This document shows positions 1-9,986 of a stretch of DNA of 64,000 nucleotides, one piece after another. Position numbers and translations under genes: made by a program. The notes under the pieces are model-generated. The model was not told the DNA's origin and searched no databases. It worked only from the letters and a program-made list of their open reading frames with translations. Source of the DNA: Bacteroidales bacterium (GTDB lineage Bacteria; Bacteroidota; Bacteroidia; Bacteroidales; UBA10428); NCBI GenBank assembly GCA_035258345.1, contig DATEVU010000119.1:46487-110486 (forward strand), read 5' to 3'. Within the stretch, counting starts at the first letter, position 1, and each line of letters begins with the position of its first letter.

Positions 1-1784
1 CGAAGGATACCCTGTTGCATGAAAACCAGGAAAGCCGATGGAGTATATTGCAGGAAAAGCCCATTGACAGCCTGATACTTCGCCGGAAAAGCAACCGTTT
101 CAGCAAGGAACTCCACAATCTGATCTTTAAAAAAGAACCGTCCCGTCTTGAAAACCGGATGACACCGGTCATCAATAGCAATCTTTTTGCCTATGACGGG
201 AAAATTATCCGGAATATTGAAATCCGGAGCGTGGATATTTTTGCCGGGACAGTATTTGATACTGCATACAGCGCAATTTCCTGGCTTGAACGAACAGGAA
301 ACCAGCTGCACAGAGATACCCGCCACATGATAATCCGGAAGAACCTGCTTCTTGATCCCGGTGAACCACTGGATGTATTCCGGGCATCAGAAAACGAGAA
401 AATCATGCGCGATCTCCCCTATATCATGGATGCACGTTTCCTGGTAAGAAACATCCCCGGATCGCCGGATTCGGTAGATCTGGTATTGCTTGCCCAGGAC
501 TTGTGGCCCGTAGGTTTCAGTGCGGAACTCAGCGATGCGAATGCCGGAAATGTGGGTCTCTGGAATATGAATATGCTGGGTTTTGGCCACCGGTTCACAA
601 CAACTGCCTTTTGGGACGGCGGTCATAAACCTTTGTTCGGATATCAGGTGTCCTATGGGATCTATAACTTGTGGAGCAAGTTTATTTCTTCGGAATTGGA
701 ATATATTAACCGGTGGGATATTACATCATATAATGCCAATATAACCAGGGACTTCCGGAGCACCAGGTTCAAATATGCCGGAGCAGTGCGACTGGAAAAC
801 ACTTCGGCGATCAGAAATATTACCTTACCGGATACCGTGTTACCGGAAGTACCGGTTGAATACACGAATTATGACTTCTGGGCAGGCCGGATGATCCAGC
901 TAAAAAATCCCGGAACATCCTATACCCGTTCGGGAATATATGTGACCAGCAGGTTTTTCTATAATAATTATTCACAAGGTCCGGTTACTGGTGAAAAATA
1001 CCTGTATCCCTTCCAGGATAAATCAATATTGCTGGTATCCGGAGGATTTTCACGTCAGGGTTCCTGGAGAGATAATCTTATCTATACTTTCGGACGGACA
1101 GAGGATGTGCCCTTTGGATTGCATTACGGATTAACTGCCGGAATAGAATGGGGGCAATACAAAACAAGACCTTATATCGGTATGGAGGCTTCCCTGGGTA
1201 ATTACCTGAAAAACAGAAGTTATATCTACGGGCTTGTCCAATATGGTACATTCATTGATGGCGGATATTTCGAACAAAGCGCCCTGAACATACAACTGAG
1301 GATGTTTTCCAGACTATACCCGTTGAACAATTTCCGGTTCAGGAATTTCATTTCATTAAACTACCTGAACGGTATTAACCGGTATGCCGGTGAATTTACA
1401 ACCCTTGAAAACAGGGGAGGGATAATAGGACTTACAGGTCCCAGCCTCAGGGGTAGTGAAAAACTGGTGCTGAATCTCGAATCGGTATTTTTTAGTCCTT
1501 TCAGGCTTGTCGGATTCCGTTTTGCTTTTTTCGGATCGGTTGATATCGGTCTGATTAAAGCGGAAACCACGAATAATGCTGAATGGGATTTATTCTCCGG
1601 TTTGGGGATCGGTATCAGGATGAGAAATGACAGGCTTGTTTTCGATACCTTTGAATTGAAATTCTCACTGTATCCCGGTCAGCCTGCTGATAACACATCA
1701 CGCTATATTAATGCTTCGAAGGTTCAGCGATTGAGGCTAAATGATTTTCTGCCGGATCAGCCGCAAATCGTTAATTACCAGTAG
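1..1784 (+). CDS. Outer-membrane beta-barrel protein, Omp85/BamA-like surface-antigen family (5' end probably off-window)
   Basis: The track ORF 15..1784 starts at a TTG, and the frame stays open back to position 3, so the gene likely begins upstream of the window. The C-terminal half has an alternating aromatic/Gly strand pattern (GFGHRF, GLGIGIRMRNDRLVFDTFELKFSLYPG) typical of surface-antigen barrels. Confidence 0.55.
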   Translation, partial: KDTLLHENQESRWSILQEKPIDSLILRRKSNRFSKELHNLIFKKEPSRLENRMTPVINSNLFAYDGKIIRNIEIRSVDIFAGTVFDTAYSAISWLERTGNQLHRDTRHMIIRKNLLLDPGEPLDVFRASENEKIMRDLPYIMDARFLVRNIPGSPDSVDLVLLAQDLWPVGFSAELSDANAGNVGLWNMNMLGFGHRFTTTAFWDGGHKPLFGYQVSYGIYNLWSKFISSELEYINRWDITSYNANITRDFRSTRFKYAGAVRLENTSAIRNITLPDTVLPEVPVEYTNYDFWAGRMIQLKNPGTSYTRSGIYVTSRFFYNNYSQGPVTGEKYLYPFQDKSILLVSGGFSRQGSWRDNLIYTFGRTEDVPFGLHYGLTAGIEWGQYKTRPYIGMEASLGNYLKNRSYIYGLVQYGTFIDGGYFEQSALNIQLRMFSRLYPLNNFRFRNFISLNYLNGINRYAGEFTTLENRGGIIGLTGPSLRGSEKLVLNLESVFFSPFRLVGFRFAFFGSVDIGLIKAETTNNAEWDLFSGLGIGIRMRNDRLVFDTFELKFSLYPGQPADNTSRYINASKVQRLRLNDFLPDQPQIVNYQ

Positions 1785-1849
1785 AGAACGTCTTACTTTG
1801 CAACAATTCACCCAATTCCCCAAACTCTTTCCCCCCTTGTCCTTCGTCC

Positions 1850-2533
1850 CTAATTCATCAACCTGTTCAGGATCTGTGTCATCTGTTCCCGGCTCACCGT
1901 TTTTACATTGTCGGGAAGATTTTCATGGGAGGGTATTTCAATTCCGGGTTCGAAGTTTTCAGCGGTGAACCGCATCTTTAAGTGAAGCATGGTGAGTTCA
2001 AATTCCAATAATACCCCGTCAATCTTCCTGTACGGATTTGTTGAATTCGGATTGTGAAGTTTTATGTCGCCCGTATAAAATATGTCAAAGGTATGCCCGT
2101 TCGAAGGCAGGGAAATTCTGGCCTTTTTGCAGTTCAGGCCTGCAATGATCTTTGTTTCACGGGTTTCTTCTATATTCATACCCTCCATGGCATCAAAACA
2201 ACAAATCAATTCTTCGCGCCTGCCCATGAACACATACTGTTTTTCGAATATCTTTAACAGGGTTGAGCATTTCCGGGAATCAAAATTCGTGATCGAGTTC
2301 AACCGGTAAACGCCCAGAAATCCTTCTATGTTGTTAACCGCCTGATTTTCATCAAAGCTCAATCTCATGCGCCTGGGTAACAGTTCAATGGTTTTTTCAT
2401 CCAGGTCCTGGTTCAGGTAGGTTATTTTATAATCTATCCTGCCGGCGGCAAACTTTTGCGGTTTGTTATCAACACTGCATGATACGATACTAATAAGGGG
2501 TAAAAGGAACAGAATTGTCAACGGTTTTTTCAT
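1850..2533 (-). CDS. Hypothetical lipoprotein (possibly a divergent GLPGLI-family protein)
   Basis: Using the ATG at 2533 gives a lipoprotein signal, MKKPLTILFLLPLISIVSC. No catalytic motifs are visible. There is a weak resemblance of IDGVLLEFEL to the GLPGLI motif. Confidence 0.5.
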   Translation of the reverse strand: MKKPLTILFLLPLISIVSCSVDNKPQKFAAGRIDYKITYLNQDLDEKTIELLPRRMRLSFDENQAVNNIEGFLGVYRLNSITNFDSRKCSTLLKIFEKQYVFMGRREELICCFDAMEGMNIEETRETKIIAGLNCKKARISLPSNGHTFDIFYTGDIKLHNPNSTNPYRKIDGVLLEFELTMLHLKMRFTAENFEPGIEIPSHENLPDNVKTVSREQMTQILNRLMN

Positions 2534-2692
2534 GCGAGGTTGTATTGTTATCATTCCTTTACGTGTTATGTTTGCCATAGGTTGGATAATTCCTGCAAGT
2601 TTTGATCAACCGGCCATATTGCAGGATAAACAAAGGAACCACCAGGTCCGGCATCAGGTTCACGGAATCGATACGAAAATTTATAAATTATA

Positions 2693-2725
2693 TGCGTATA
2701 TATATGCAAAAATGACAAATATCAT
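2693..2725. promoter_or_regulatory. Two tandem AT-rich imperfect palindromes (ARG-box-like candidate operator) upstream of argF
   Basis: The two palindromes are TGCGTATATATATGCA (2693-2708) and ATGACAAATATCAT (2712-2725), separated by 3 nt. They lie just upstream of the -7 box at 2749-2756. Confidence 0.3.
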
Positions 2726-2748
2726 GCTCTGCATTAGTATTGTTTAAT

Positions 2749-2756
2749 TATTTTTG
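2749..2756 (+). promoter_or_regulatory. Bacteroidota-type -7 promoter box TATTTTTG (TAnnTTTG) for argF
   Basis: Exact match to TAnnTTTG, 75 nt upstream of the argF ATG at 2832. Confidence 0.4.
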
Positions 2757-2831
2757 TATTTCCTAATAATCAGTAACAATCAGTGATCATAATTGATTTT
2801 CTTTCTTTGGTAATCCTTTAATATTTACAAT

Positions 2832-3833
2832 ATGCCATTTAACCTTCGCAATCGCAGTTTTTTAAAGTTGCTTGACTTTACTCCGGCGGAAATCAAATTT
2901 CTGCTTGATCTTTCATTTGACCTGAAAAAGGCCAAATATAGCGGAACAGAACAATTCCGGCTAAAAGGGAAAAATATAGCACTTATTTTTGAAAAGACAT
3001 CCACACGTACCCGTTGTGCTTTTGAAGTTGCAGCACACGACCAGGGAGCCCATGTTACATACCTCGATCCGGTGAGTTCACAGATCGGGCATAAGGAATC
3101 CGTAAAAGATACAGCCCGTGTTCTGGGCCGCTTGTATGATGCCATTGAATACCGGGGTCATGGCCAGCAGATCGTTGAAGATCTGGCCAACTATTCCGGG
3201 GTTCCGGTATGGAATGGCCTTACCAATGAGTTTCATCCTACCCAGGTGCTGGCCGATCTGATGACCATGATCGAGCACAGTGATAAACCGTTAAGCCAGA
3301 TAAAATTCTGCTACCTGGGCGATGCAAGGAATAACATGGGCAATTCGCTGATGGTTGGTTGCGCCAAAATGGGGATCGATTTCAGGGCAGCTGCACCTGT
3401 TGCCTGTCAGCCGGCTAAGGAACTCATACATACCTGCGAGGAAATTGCAAGGGCCACCGGTGCAAAAATTACCATTAGTGATAACCTGGAAAAGTCAGTT
3501 CGTGACGCAGATTTTCTGTATACCGATGTATGGGTGTCCATGGGAGAACCTGCTTCGGTTTGGGAAGAAAGGGTGAAACTGCTTAAACCCTACCAGATAA
3601 ACCAACACGTTATGGCACTTACCGGAAACAAAAATGTTAAATTTCTGCATTGTCTTCCCGCGTTTCACAACAGGCAAACGAAAATGGGTGAGGACATTTT
3701 TCAGAAATTTGGTCTCGAATCGATGGAAGTTACGGAAGAAGTGTTCGAATCACCCGCGTCAATCGTGTTTGACCAGGCAGAAAACCGGGTGCATACCATT
3801 AAAGCCATAATGGTTGCCACCCTGGGTTCATAA
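2832..3833 (+). CDS. argF: Ornithine carbamoyltransferase (canonical OTCase)
   Basis: 333 aa. Carbamoyl-phosphate motif STRTR ([13 protein letters not shown]), ornithine-binding motif DVWVSMGE, and HCLPAFH. Confidence 0.93.
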   Translation: MPFNLRNRSFLKLLDFTPAEIKFLLDLSFDLKKAKYSGTEQFRLKGKNIALIFEKTSTRTRCAFEVAAHDQGAHVTYLDPVSSQIGHKESVKDTARVLGRLYDAIEYRGHGQQIVEDLANYSGVPVWNGLTNEFHPTQVLADLMTMIEHSDKPLSQIKFCYLGDARNNMGNSLMVGCAKMGIDFRAAAPVACQPAKELIHTCEEIARATGAKITISDNLEKSVRDADFLYTDVWVSMGEPASVWEERVKLLKPYQINQHVMALTGNKNVKFLHCLPAFHNRQTKMGEDIFQKFGLESMEVTEEVFESPASIVFDQAENRVHTIKAIMVATLGS

Positions 3834-3884
3834 TTTTTTTTTCAAAGAACAATTGGATTCGGTTCCTGTTTAATTCCAGGTTCT

Positions 3885-3892
3885 TATATTTG
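3885..3892 (+). promoter_or_regulatory. -7 promoter box TATATTTG
   Basis: Exact TAnnTTTG match, 33 nt upstream of the ATG at 3925. Confidence 0.45.
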
Positions 3893-3924
3893 TCGCTTTC
3901 AAAACTTACTAATTACACTTCTTT

Positions 3925-5253
3925 ATGCGTATTCATCCATTTTTCAGGAAACTGCGATTCCCTGTGACGCTGCTTTTGTTGTTGTTCGCAAGCCAGGCCG
4001 TATCGGCTGCTGACGGTTCCATGCCAACCATTGCCGGTATCCGGATAGAGTTTATCATATTTGCCCTCACCCTGATCGCGGTGGCTTTGTTTCACCACAA
4101 AACCATGTACGTGGCACTTACCGGTCTGGCCGTGGTTCTGATCTGCAAGTACATATTCACCGATTTTTCGCTCACGGCGCATATCATCGGCAATGCTGCC
4201 CATGAAGGTGAATGGAGAATATTGCTTAACCTGCTGGGATTGTTGTTCGGATTTGCTATTTTGGCTGAGATCTTTAAGGAATCCAGATTTCCTGATATTT
4301 TGCCGCATTATCTGCCGGATGACTGGAAGGGTGGTTTTGTCCTTCTGGTGTTTATTTTTATACTTTCCTCATTTCTCGATAACATAGCAGCCGCCATGAT
4401 CGGTGGTACCATTGCCCTTGTTGTGTTCAAAGGGAAAGTGCACATAGGTTATCTGGCCGCCGTAATTGCCGCGGCCAATGCCGGAGGTGCCGGAAGCGTA
4501 GTGGGGGACACAACAACCACATTGATGTGGATCGACGGCGTTAGCCCGCTTGATGTAACACACGCATTTGTGGCCTCCTTTGCAGCATTGTTTGTATTCG
4601 GTACCGTCGGTTCCATACAGCAGGACAGGTATAACCGCATAGTCAGGGATGTCCGGGTGAATACCATTAAAGTCGACTGGGGAAGGATTGGCATAGTCTT
4701 CCTGATCCTTGTCTGTGCAATTTTAGCAAATTATTTCCTTGATTTTCCTGCATTGGGAGTTTGGATCGGTATCCTTGTAAGTGCCACGATCAGAAAAATT
4801 CCCTGGCATGAACTTAAAAAGGCCTGGATGGGTACCGTTTTTCTGATGTCACTGGTTACCATTGCTTCACTGATGCCCGTTGATGAATTACCTCCGGCCT
4901 CGCGTTGGACGGCCTTCGCGCTTGGATTTATTTCTGCGGTATTCGATAATATACCCCTTACCAAATTGTGCCTGGAACAGGGCGGTTACGACTGGGGTGT
5001 GCTTGCGTATGCCGTTGGTTTTGGAGGATCAATGATATGGTTTGGATCATCAGCCGGTGTTGCGCTTTCAAACCTGTTTCCCGAAACCAGGAATACGGTC
5101 AACTACATAAAAAGTGGCTGGCATGTGATCGTGGCCTATGTTGTAGGGTTCTTCGTTATGTTGTATATCGTTGGATGGCATCCCCATGAACCGCATAAAG
5201 AAAAGCACATGGAACAGAAGGAAGTCGTGATCGAAAAGGGTGAGGAGCAGTGA
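3925..5253 (+). CDS. Ion transporter of the ArsB/NhaD/CitMHS superfamily (likely NhaD-type Na+/H+ antiporter)
   Basis: 442 aa polytopic membrane protein with a signal-like N-terminus and glycine-rich helices. The family assignment is by resemblance only. Confidence 0.5.
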   Translation: MRIHPFFRKLRFPVTLLLLLFASQAVSAADGSMPTIAGIRIEFIIFALTLIAVALFHHKTMYVALTGLAVVLICKYIFTDFSLTAHIIGNAAHEGEWRILLNLLGLLFGFAILAEIFKESRFPDILPHYLPDDWKGGFVLLVFIFILSSFLDNIAAAMIGGTIALVVFKGKVHIGYLAAVIAAANAGGAGSVVGDTTTTLMWIDGVSPLDVTHAFVASFAALFVFGTVGSIQQDRYNRIVRDVRVNTIKVDWGRIGIVFLILVCAILANYFLDFPALGVWIGILVSATIRKIPWHELKKAWMGTVFLMSLVTIASLMPVDELPPASRWTAFALGFISAVFDNIPLTKLCLEQGGYDWGVLAYAVGFGGSMIWFGSSAGVALSNLFPETRNTVNYIKSGWHVIVAYVVGFFVMLYIVGWHPHEPHKEKHMEQKEVVIEKGEEQ

Positions 5254-5273
5254 GTAAAAAGTAACGGGAAATA

Positions 5274-5792
5274 ATGGATTATCTGCTGGTTGTCCTAGGT
5301 ACCCTCAGCATACTCATCGGTGTGATTGGCAGCATAGTGCCCGGACTTCCCGGTCCGCCACTGAGCTACCTGGGTTTGCTTTTACTGCACTGGACGCGTT
5401 TTGCAGATTTCTCCTTCAATATGCTGGCCATTTGGGCCATGATTGTCCTGGTTGTTTCAGTTCTGGATTATGTTGTTCCCATCTGGGGTACCAGGAAATT
5501 CGGTGGCACCAGGGCAGGAGTCAGGGGCAGTACAATCGGTCTGATCATCGGAGTGATCCTGCTTCCTATGTTGGGCATTGTGCTTGGACCTTTCGGCTTG
5601 TTCGGCATACTTGGGGGTCCATTCATTGGTGCCTGGATCGGAGAGAAGTACGCAGGACAGAATCAGGACAAGGCATTCCGGGCAGCCATAGGCTCCTTCA
5701 TGGGATTCCTGGCCGGCACCTTTATGAAACTGGCCGTTTCATTTGTGATGGCTTTCATATTCTTCAGGGCTGTAATCCAGGCAATATTCTAA
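5274..5792 (+). CDS. DUF456-like small membrane protein
   Basis: 172 aa with about 4 TM helices. The N-terminal IVPGLPGPPLSYLG pattern is typical of DUF456. Confidence 0.55.
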   Translation: MDYLLVVLGTLSILIGVIGSIVPGLPGPPLSYLGLLLLHWTRFADFSFNMLAIWAMIVLVVSVLDYVVPIWGTRKFGGTRAGVRGSTIGLIIGVILLPMLGIVLGPFGLFGILGGPFIGAWIGEKYAGQNQDKAFRAAIGSFMGFLAGTFMKLAVSFVMAFIFFRAVIQAIF

Positions 5793-5822
5793 GGTCACGC
5801 CACATTGCCGGGAGCTGTATTT

Positions 5823-6467
5823 TTACAGATCCACAAGATTATTCCGGTACGCGTAGATCACCAGGGAAAGTGAGTTCCTGCTTCCGGTCTTGGAAAGAAT
5901 ACTGGCGCGGTGATTTTCAACCGTACGCTCGCTCAGGTAAAGTTTGACAGCAATTTCAGCCGTATTGAATCCCTTGCAGATCATCTTAAGGATCTCCCGC
6001 TCGCGTTGCGTCAGATCAATCAGGGCGGAACTCTGACGGTTCCGGATCAGTTTGAGCAGCAGTTCCTGTGAAAAGTAGGTTTTACCATTCAGGATCTCTT
6101 TGATAGCCGTTCTAAGCTCTTCGTTGTCGGCATCCTTGAGCACAAATCCCTTTACCCCGTTTTCAATAACACTGTTATAATATTGTTCATCGCCATACAT
6201 CGATACTACCAGGATCTTCAGATCCGGTTTTTCTTTCAGCAATATCCTGCTGGCTTCAATTCCATTTATCAGGGGCATGTTTATGTCCATGATGATCAGG
6301 TCGGGATCAAGGGCATCGGCAATTTCAATAAGTTCCTTCCCGTTTGCTACATCTGCAACAACCTCAATGTTCTCAATATCTTCCAGTATAAGCTTTAAAC
6401 CCTGCCTGAACAGGGTATGATCATCAGCAATGATGACCTTTTTTTTCCTATTGGCCATGGTCGTCAT
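5823..6467 (-). CDS. Response regulator, NarL/LuxR family (REC + LuxR HTH)
   Basis: Receiver domain (IIADDH...DINMP) plus a C-terminal HTH (LSERTVENHRASILSKTG). Its start overlaps the upstream kinase gene by 20 nt. Confidence 0.9.
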   Translation of the reverse strand: MTTMANRKKKVIIADDHTLFRQGLKLILEDIENIEVVADVANGKELIEIADALDPDLIIMDINMPLINGIEASRILLKEKPDLKILVVSMYGDEQYYNSVIENGVKGFVLKDADNEELRTAIKEILNGKTYFSQELLLKLIRNRQSSALIDLTQREREILKMICKGFNTAEIAVKLYLSERTVENHRASILSKTGSRNSLSLVIYAYRNNLVDL

Positions 6468-7947
6468 GAGGAGAGGTTTGTAATACCATGTTTACTTCGA
6501 ATCCGTTACCGGGACTGGTTAATATCTCATAGTCACCGCCCAGTGAATGTATTCTTGATTTAATGTTGCTGATTCCCATACCTTTTAAATTGGGATTGGT
6601 AAGCTTCTGCAAGTCATAGCCAATACCGTCATCCCGGTAGTGGCAAATAATTACAGGTTCGGAGTAATCGAGTGAAATGTAAATATTTTTTGCTTCCGCA
6701 TGCTTTACAGTATTGTTTATGAGCTCCTTTATGATCCGGTAAAAAACCGATTCTACCGTTTCGGGGAATCGCATGCTGCCGATATTGGTCTGAACGTGAA
6801 TAGCAAGGGTTTTTGAAAAAAGCTCTGATATGTTCTGAACAGCTGCTGAAAGTCCGAAATTAACCAGCACATGCGGACTCATATCATTGGAAATATCCTT
6901 TATCGAATCAATCACATCCCGGATTATGACACCCATTTGACCTGCCAGTTTGTTCTTTTTTTCGATGCTTGTACTTTCCATGAATGAGGTGGTATATATT
7001 TTCAGCGCCGATAACAACGGTCCGATTTCGTCGTGCAGGTCCCTGGCGACTCTGGATCGTTCCTTTTCTTCGGTTTGGATAATGGTCTCAAATAATTTAC
7101 GGGCAATCGACTTCCGCTCGGTAATATCCCGCATCACGGTAAGAATGGCGTTCCTGTGGTTGAACACAATGGGCACATTGTTTATTTCAAACGGGATTAT
7201 CCGGTGGGTTAACGGCGACTTTACCTCTATTTCAAGGTCCCCGCTTGATGCTCCCAGCTTAAGCTGCTGCAACTTATTAAATATTAATTTATGGTATGCT
7301 GCAGGCAGAAAATTGATCAGTTTCTGCTCAGCGAGGTATTCCTTGGTTACCCCAAAATGGTCCAGAAGGGTTTGGTTGGCTTCCAGAAAGTTGAAATCAT
7401 AATCGGTGATGACAAATCCGTCACTTGTATTATCAAAAATATTCCTGAAACTGGCTTCGCTTTCCTGAAGTTGCCTGTACATTTCGATTAATTCATTGGT
7501 TCTCTCCCTGACCAGCATTTCCAGTTTAGTACGGTACCGTTCCAGCTCATCGGTCTGATTTTTGTGTTCTATTGCCTTCGCAACCGTAATGGGAAGTAGC
7601 TTGAGATAATTATGAGCAATGTCCTTGATCAGGTAATCAAATGCACCTGCCTTTAAAGCATTTACGGCAATCTCCTCACTTCCGCCACCTGTAATAATAA
7701 TTAAAGGTATATTTTTCAGGTAGGGGAAAAGTTCCGTTGCCTTTCCGTCGCCAAGGTTATAATCGGAAACCACCGCCTGGTATGCATTTTTTGAAAGATA
7801 TTCCAGGGCTTCAGTGAAAGAAGCTGCGATCTCGAAAGTAAACGGGTAACCTGTCCGGTTTGCCCCATGCTCAAAAGCTATTCGGTCTGCCAGGTCATCT
7901 TCGATGTACAAAACCAGGCTGTGATTGTTGTCACCGGAATAATTCAA
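6448..7947 (-). CDS. Hybrid sensor histidine kinase (N-terminal REC, PAS-like, HisKA_3, HATPase_c)
   Basis: The N-terminus has a receiver signature (YIEDDLADR...VVSDYNLGDG). This is followed by a coiled coil and a PAS-like segment. The H-box is ARDLHDEIGPLLSALK, the N-box is INNTVKHA, and the G-boxes are DDGIGYD and GMGISN. Confidence 0.85.
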   Translation of the reverse strand: MNYSGDNNHSLVLYIEDDLADRIAFEHGANRTGYPFTFEIAASFTEALEYLSKNAYQAVVSDYNLGDGKATELFPYLKNIPLIIITGGGSEEIAVNALKAGAFDYLIKDIAHNYLKLLPITVAKAIEHKNQTDELERYRTKLEMLVRERTNELIEMYRQLQESEASFRNIFDNTSDGFVITDYDFNFLEANQTLLDHFGVTKEYLAEQKLINFLPAAYHKLIFNKLQQLKLGASSGDLEIEVKSPLTHRIIPFEINNVPIVFNHRNAILTVMRDITERKSIARKLFETIIQTEEKERSRVARDLHDEIGPLLSALKIYTTSFMESTSIEKKNKLAGQMGVIIRDVIDSIKDISNDMSPHVLVNFGLSAAVQNISELFSKTLAIHVQTNIGSMRFPETVESVFYRIIKELINNTVKHAEAKNIYISLDYSEPVIICHYRDDGIGYDLQKLTNPNLKGMGISNIKSRIHSLGGDYEILTSPGNGFEVNMVLQTSPHDDHGQ

Positions 7948-8036
7948 AGCAATTCTGGATTTAGGAATATAAACTTTAAATATCGGATATTGTTTTACAC
8001 TAAAATGAATAAAAGTACCAAATAAAGCGTTATATC

Positions 8037-8789
8037 ATGATAAAAGAAATTAACCTCACAATTAAAAATGCAATTATGGCAGGTACGGTTGTTATGAAAA
8101 TATTCAAAGCCAAAAGGATGTTTAGCCTGATGTTGGTAATTTCATGGTGGATTACCGGTTCAACCCAGACAAAACCGGCAGGGGAATATTATACAAGACT
8201 TACCCACGCAGATTTCAGAAATGAACCTGAGTTCAGCAAATCACTCAATTTTGGAAATATAGATTTTGATCGATTGCAGGCTATTTTGTTCTTCCTTACC
8301 AATGAAGTACGTGTTAAGAACAGGCTGAAGCCCCTTGAATATTCGGAAAAACTGGAGCAGACTGCCAAAATGCATGCCAACGATATGGTAGCCAAGGACT
8401 TTTTCAGTCACCTGAATACTTCTGACAATCGTAAAAAAACACCAAACGACCGGGCCCGGCTTAGCGGGATTTCCAATCCCTTCCTGGCAGAGAACATTAT
8501 CGAAGGTTACGGACTCCGGTATACAGCCAACGAAACGGTGTATACCCCCGGACGCGGTAAATTCAGTGAAACGCCGGACGGTGAATTGCTTCAGACACAC
8601 ACATATCTTTCCTTCGGTGAAACCCTGATTAAAAACTGGATGAATTCAAAGGACCACCGCAAGAACATTCTTGCACCGGAGGCCCTGCAACTGGGTTGTG
8701 CAGTAGCTTATTTTGTGGATTCAGGATTCAACGATATGCCCTCCTTTAAAGCGGTTCAGAATTTTCAATGGTATCAGCCGGTTAAATAG
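8037..8789 (+). CDS. CAP (SCP/PR-1-like) domain-containing secreted protein
   Basis: CAP-domain pattern (AKMHANDMVAKDFFSH ... NWMNSKDHRKNIL ... LGCAV). The start is ambiguous among the Met codons at 8037, 8076, 8094 and 8118; 8094 gives the best signal peptide. Confidence 0.65.
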   Translation: MIKEINLTIKNAIMAGTVVMKIFKAKRMFSLMLVISWWITGSTQTKPAGEYYTRLTHADFRNEPEFSKSLNFGNIDFDRLQAILFFLTNEVRVKNRLKPLEYSEKLEQTAKMHANDMVAKDFFSHLNTSDNRKKTPNDRARLSGISNPFLAENIIEGYGLRYTANETVYTPGRGKFSETPDGELLQTHTYLSFGETLIKNWMNSKDHRKNILAPEALQLGCAVAYFVDSGFNDMPSFKAVQNFQWYQPVK

Positions 8790-8886
8790 AATTGTAGCGC
8801 ATTTACTCTTTCTGTCGCAGAATTTTGCTATTTTTCTGCAAAATTTGCAGCGAACGGATTACTATTTCGTCTATTAAAATGAGTAA

Positions 8887-9462
8887 ATGACTGAACAGGG
8901 AGGTTACCAAATTCATTTGGAACTGATCAACAGGTGTCGCAACGGCGACAGGCTTGCACAAACGGAGTTGTATAGCCTTTATTACAAAGCCATGTATAAT
9001 ACCTGTTACAGAATGCTGAACAATCAGGTTGAAGCAGAAGATGTAATGCAGGAATCGTTCCTTTCGGCATTTCTGAAGATCAACAGTTACAGGGGTGAAA
9101 TGAGTTTTGGCTCATGGCTTAAAAAAATAGTGGTGAACAAAGCCATTGATGTGCTCCGCTCGAGAAAAGTTAAATTTGAGGAAATTAATGAGAAGTTTGC
9201 TGCGGAAGATGAATCAGAAGCCTTCAGGAACATGGTTTCAGAAGAATCTTCCGGTCTGGTCAGAAAAATCAGGGAGGCAGTAAAATTGCTGCCGGAGGGT
9301 TTCAGGGTCGTTCTTTCTCTTTCTTTGTTCGAAGGCTATGATCACGAGGAAATTGCCATGATTTTGGGGATCAGTGAATCCACCTCCCGCTCGCAACTGG
9401 CCAGGGCAAAGAAAAAACTGGTTGAATATTTAAAGAATGAAGGAAATGAAACAGTTGGATGA
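8887..9462 (+). CDS. RNA polymerase sigma-70 family ECF sigma factor
   Basis: 191 aa. Region 2 (DVMQESFLSAF) and a region 4 HTH (EEIAMILGISESTSRSQLARAKKKL). Confidence 0.9.
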   Translation: MTEQGGYQIHLELINRCRNGDRLAQTELYSLYYKAMYNTCYRMLNNQVEAEDVMQESFLSAFLKINSYRGEMSFGSWLKKIVVNKAIDVLRSRKVKFEEINEKFAAEDESEAFRNMVSEESSGLVRKIREAVKLLPEGFRVVLSLSLFEGYDHEEIAMILGISESTSRSQLARAKKKLVEYLKNEGNETVG

Positions 9463-9976
9463 TTTCATTAAAAGCAACGCCGGACTATTTGATGCCGGTG
9501 AGCCGCCCGAAGGTCACTTTGAACGTTTCGAAGTCCGTTTGGCAGCCATGCACAGGAAAAGATCCGGTGTACTGACCATGGTAATGCGGATAGCCGCGAT
9601 AGTCTTATTCGGGTTGGTAATTACTTATGCATCTGTCCGGGAGTTTAACATTATCAGCGGCAGGCTTGGAAAAACCGGAACCGGATTGACCAATACGGAA
9701 TTAATTGAAGCAGAGCAGTTCTATACGAGCCAGCTCGGACTGTATTACAGCAAAATCGAAAATCTGAGATTCAACAACGATAAGACCGAAAAAATGCAGG
9801 TATTAAAGGAATTATCGGATATGGATCAACAAATAAAGGCAATGAAACAGGATTTACGACAGAATCCCGATGATGAACGGATCGTGCATGCCATTATCAG
9901 TTTTTACCAGATTAAAATCGAACTGATGGACATGATAATTGCCCGTACTAAACAAACATCAAATTCAATTCTATAA
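9437..9976 (+). CDS. Putative anti-sigma factor (single-pass membrane protein)
   Basis: It overlaps the end of the sigma gene by 26 nt and has one central TM helix (VLTMVMRIAAIVLFGLVITYA). The call is based on architecture and context only. Confidence 0.5.
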   Translation: MKEMKQLDDFIKSNAGLFDAGEPPEGHFERFEVRLAAMHRKRSGVLTMVMRIAAIVLFGLVITYASVREFNIISGRLGKTGTGLTNTELIEAEQFYTSQLGLYYSKIENLRFNNDKTEKMQVLKELSDMDQQIKAMKQDLRQNPDDERIVHAIISFYQIKIELMDMIIARTKQTSNSIL

Positions 9977-9986
9977 AGCAACTGCC

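Noticed and set aside
1946-1954. GGGTTCGAA, which resembles a tRNA T-loop.
   Set aside because: It lies inside the lipoprotein CDS, and no acceptor, D or anticodon arms can be built around it.
5432-5947. 171-aa alternative-frame ORF overlapping the DUF456 gene and the 3' end of the response regulator gene.
   Set aside because: It is a Gly/Arg/His-rich out-of-frame product that spans two real genes on different strands, so it is not credible as a CDS.
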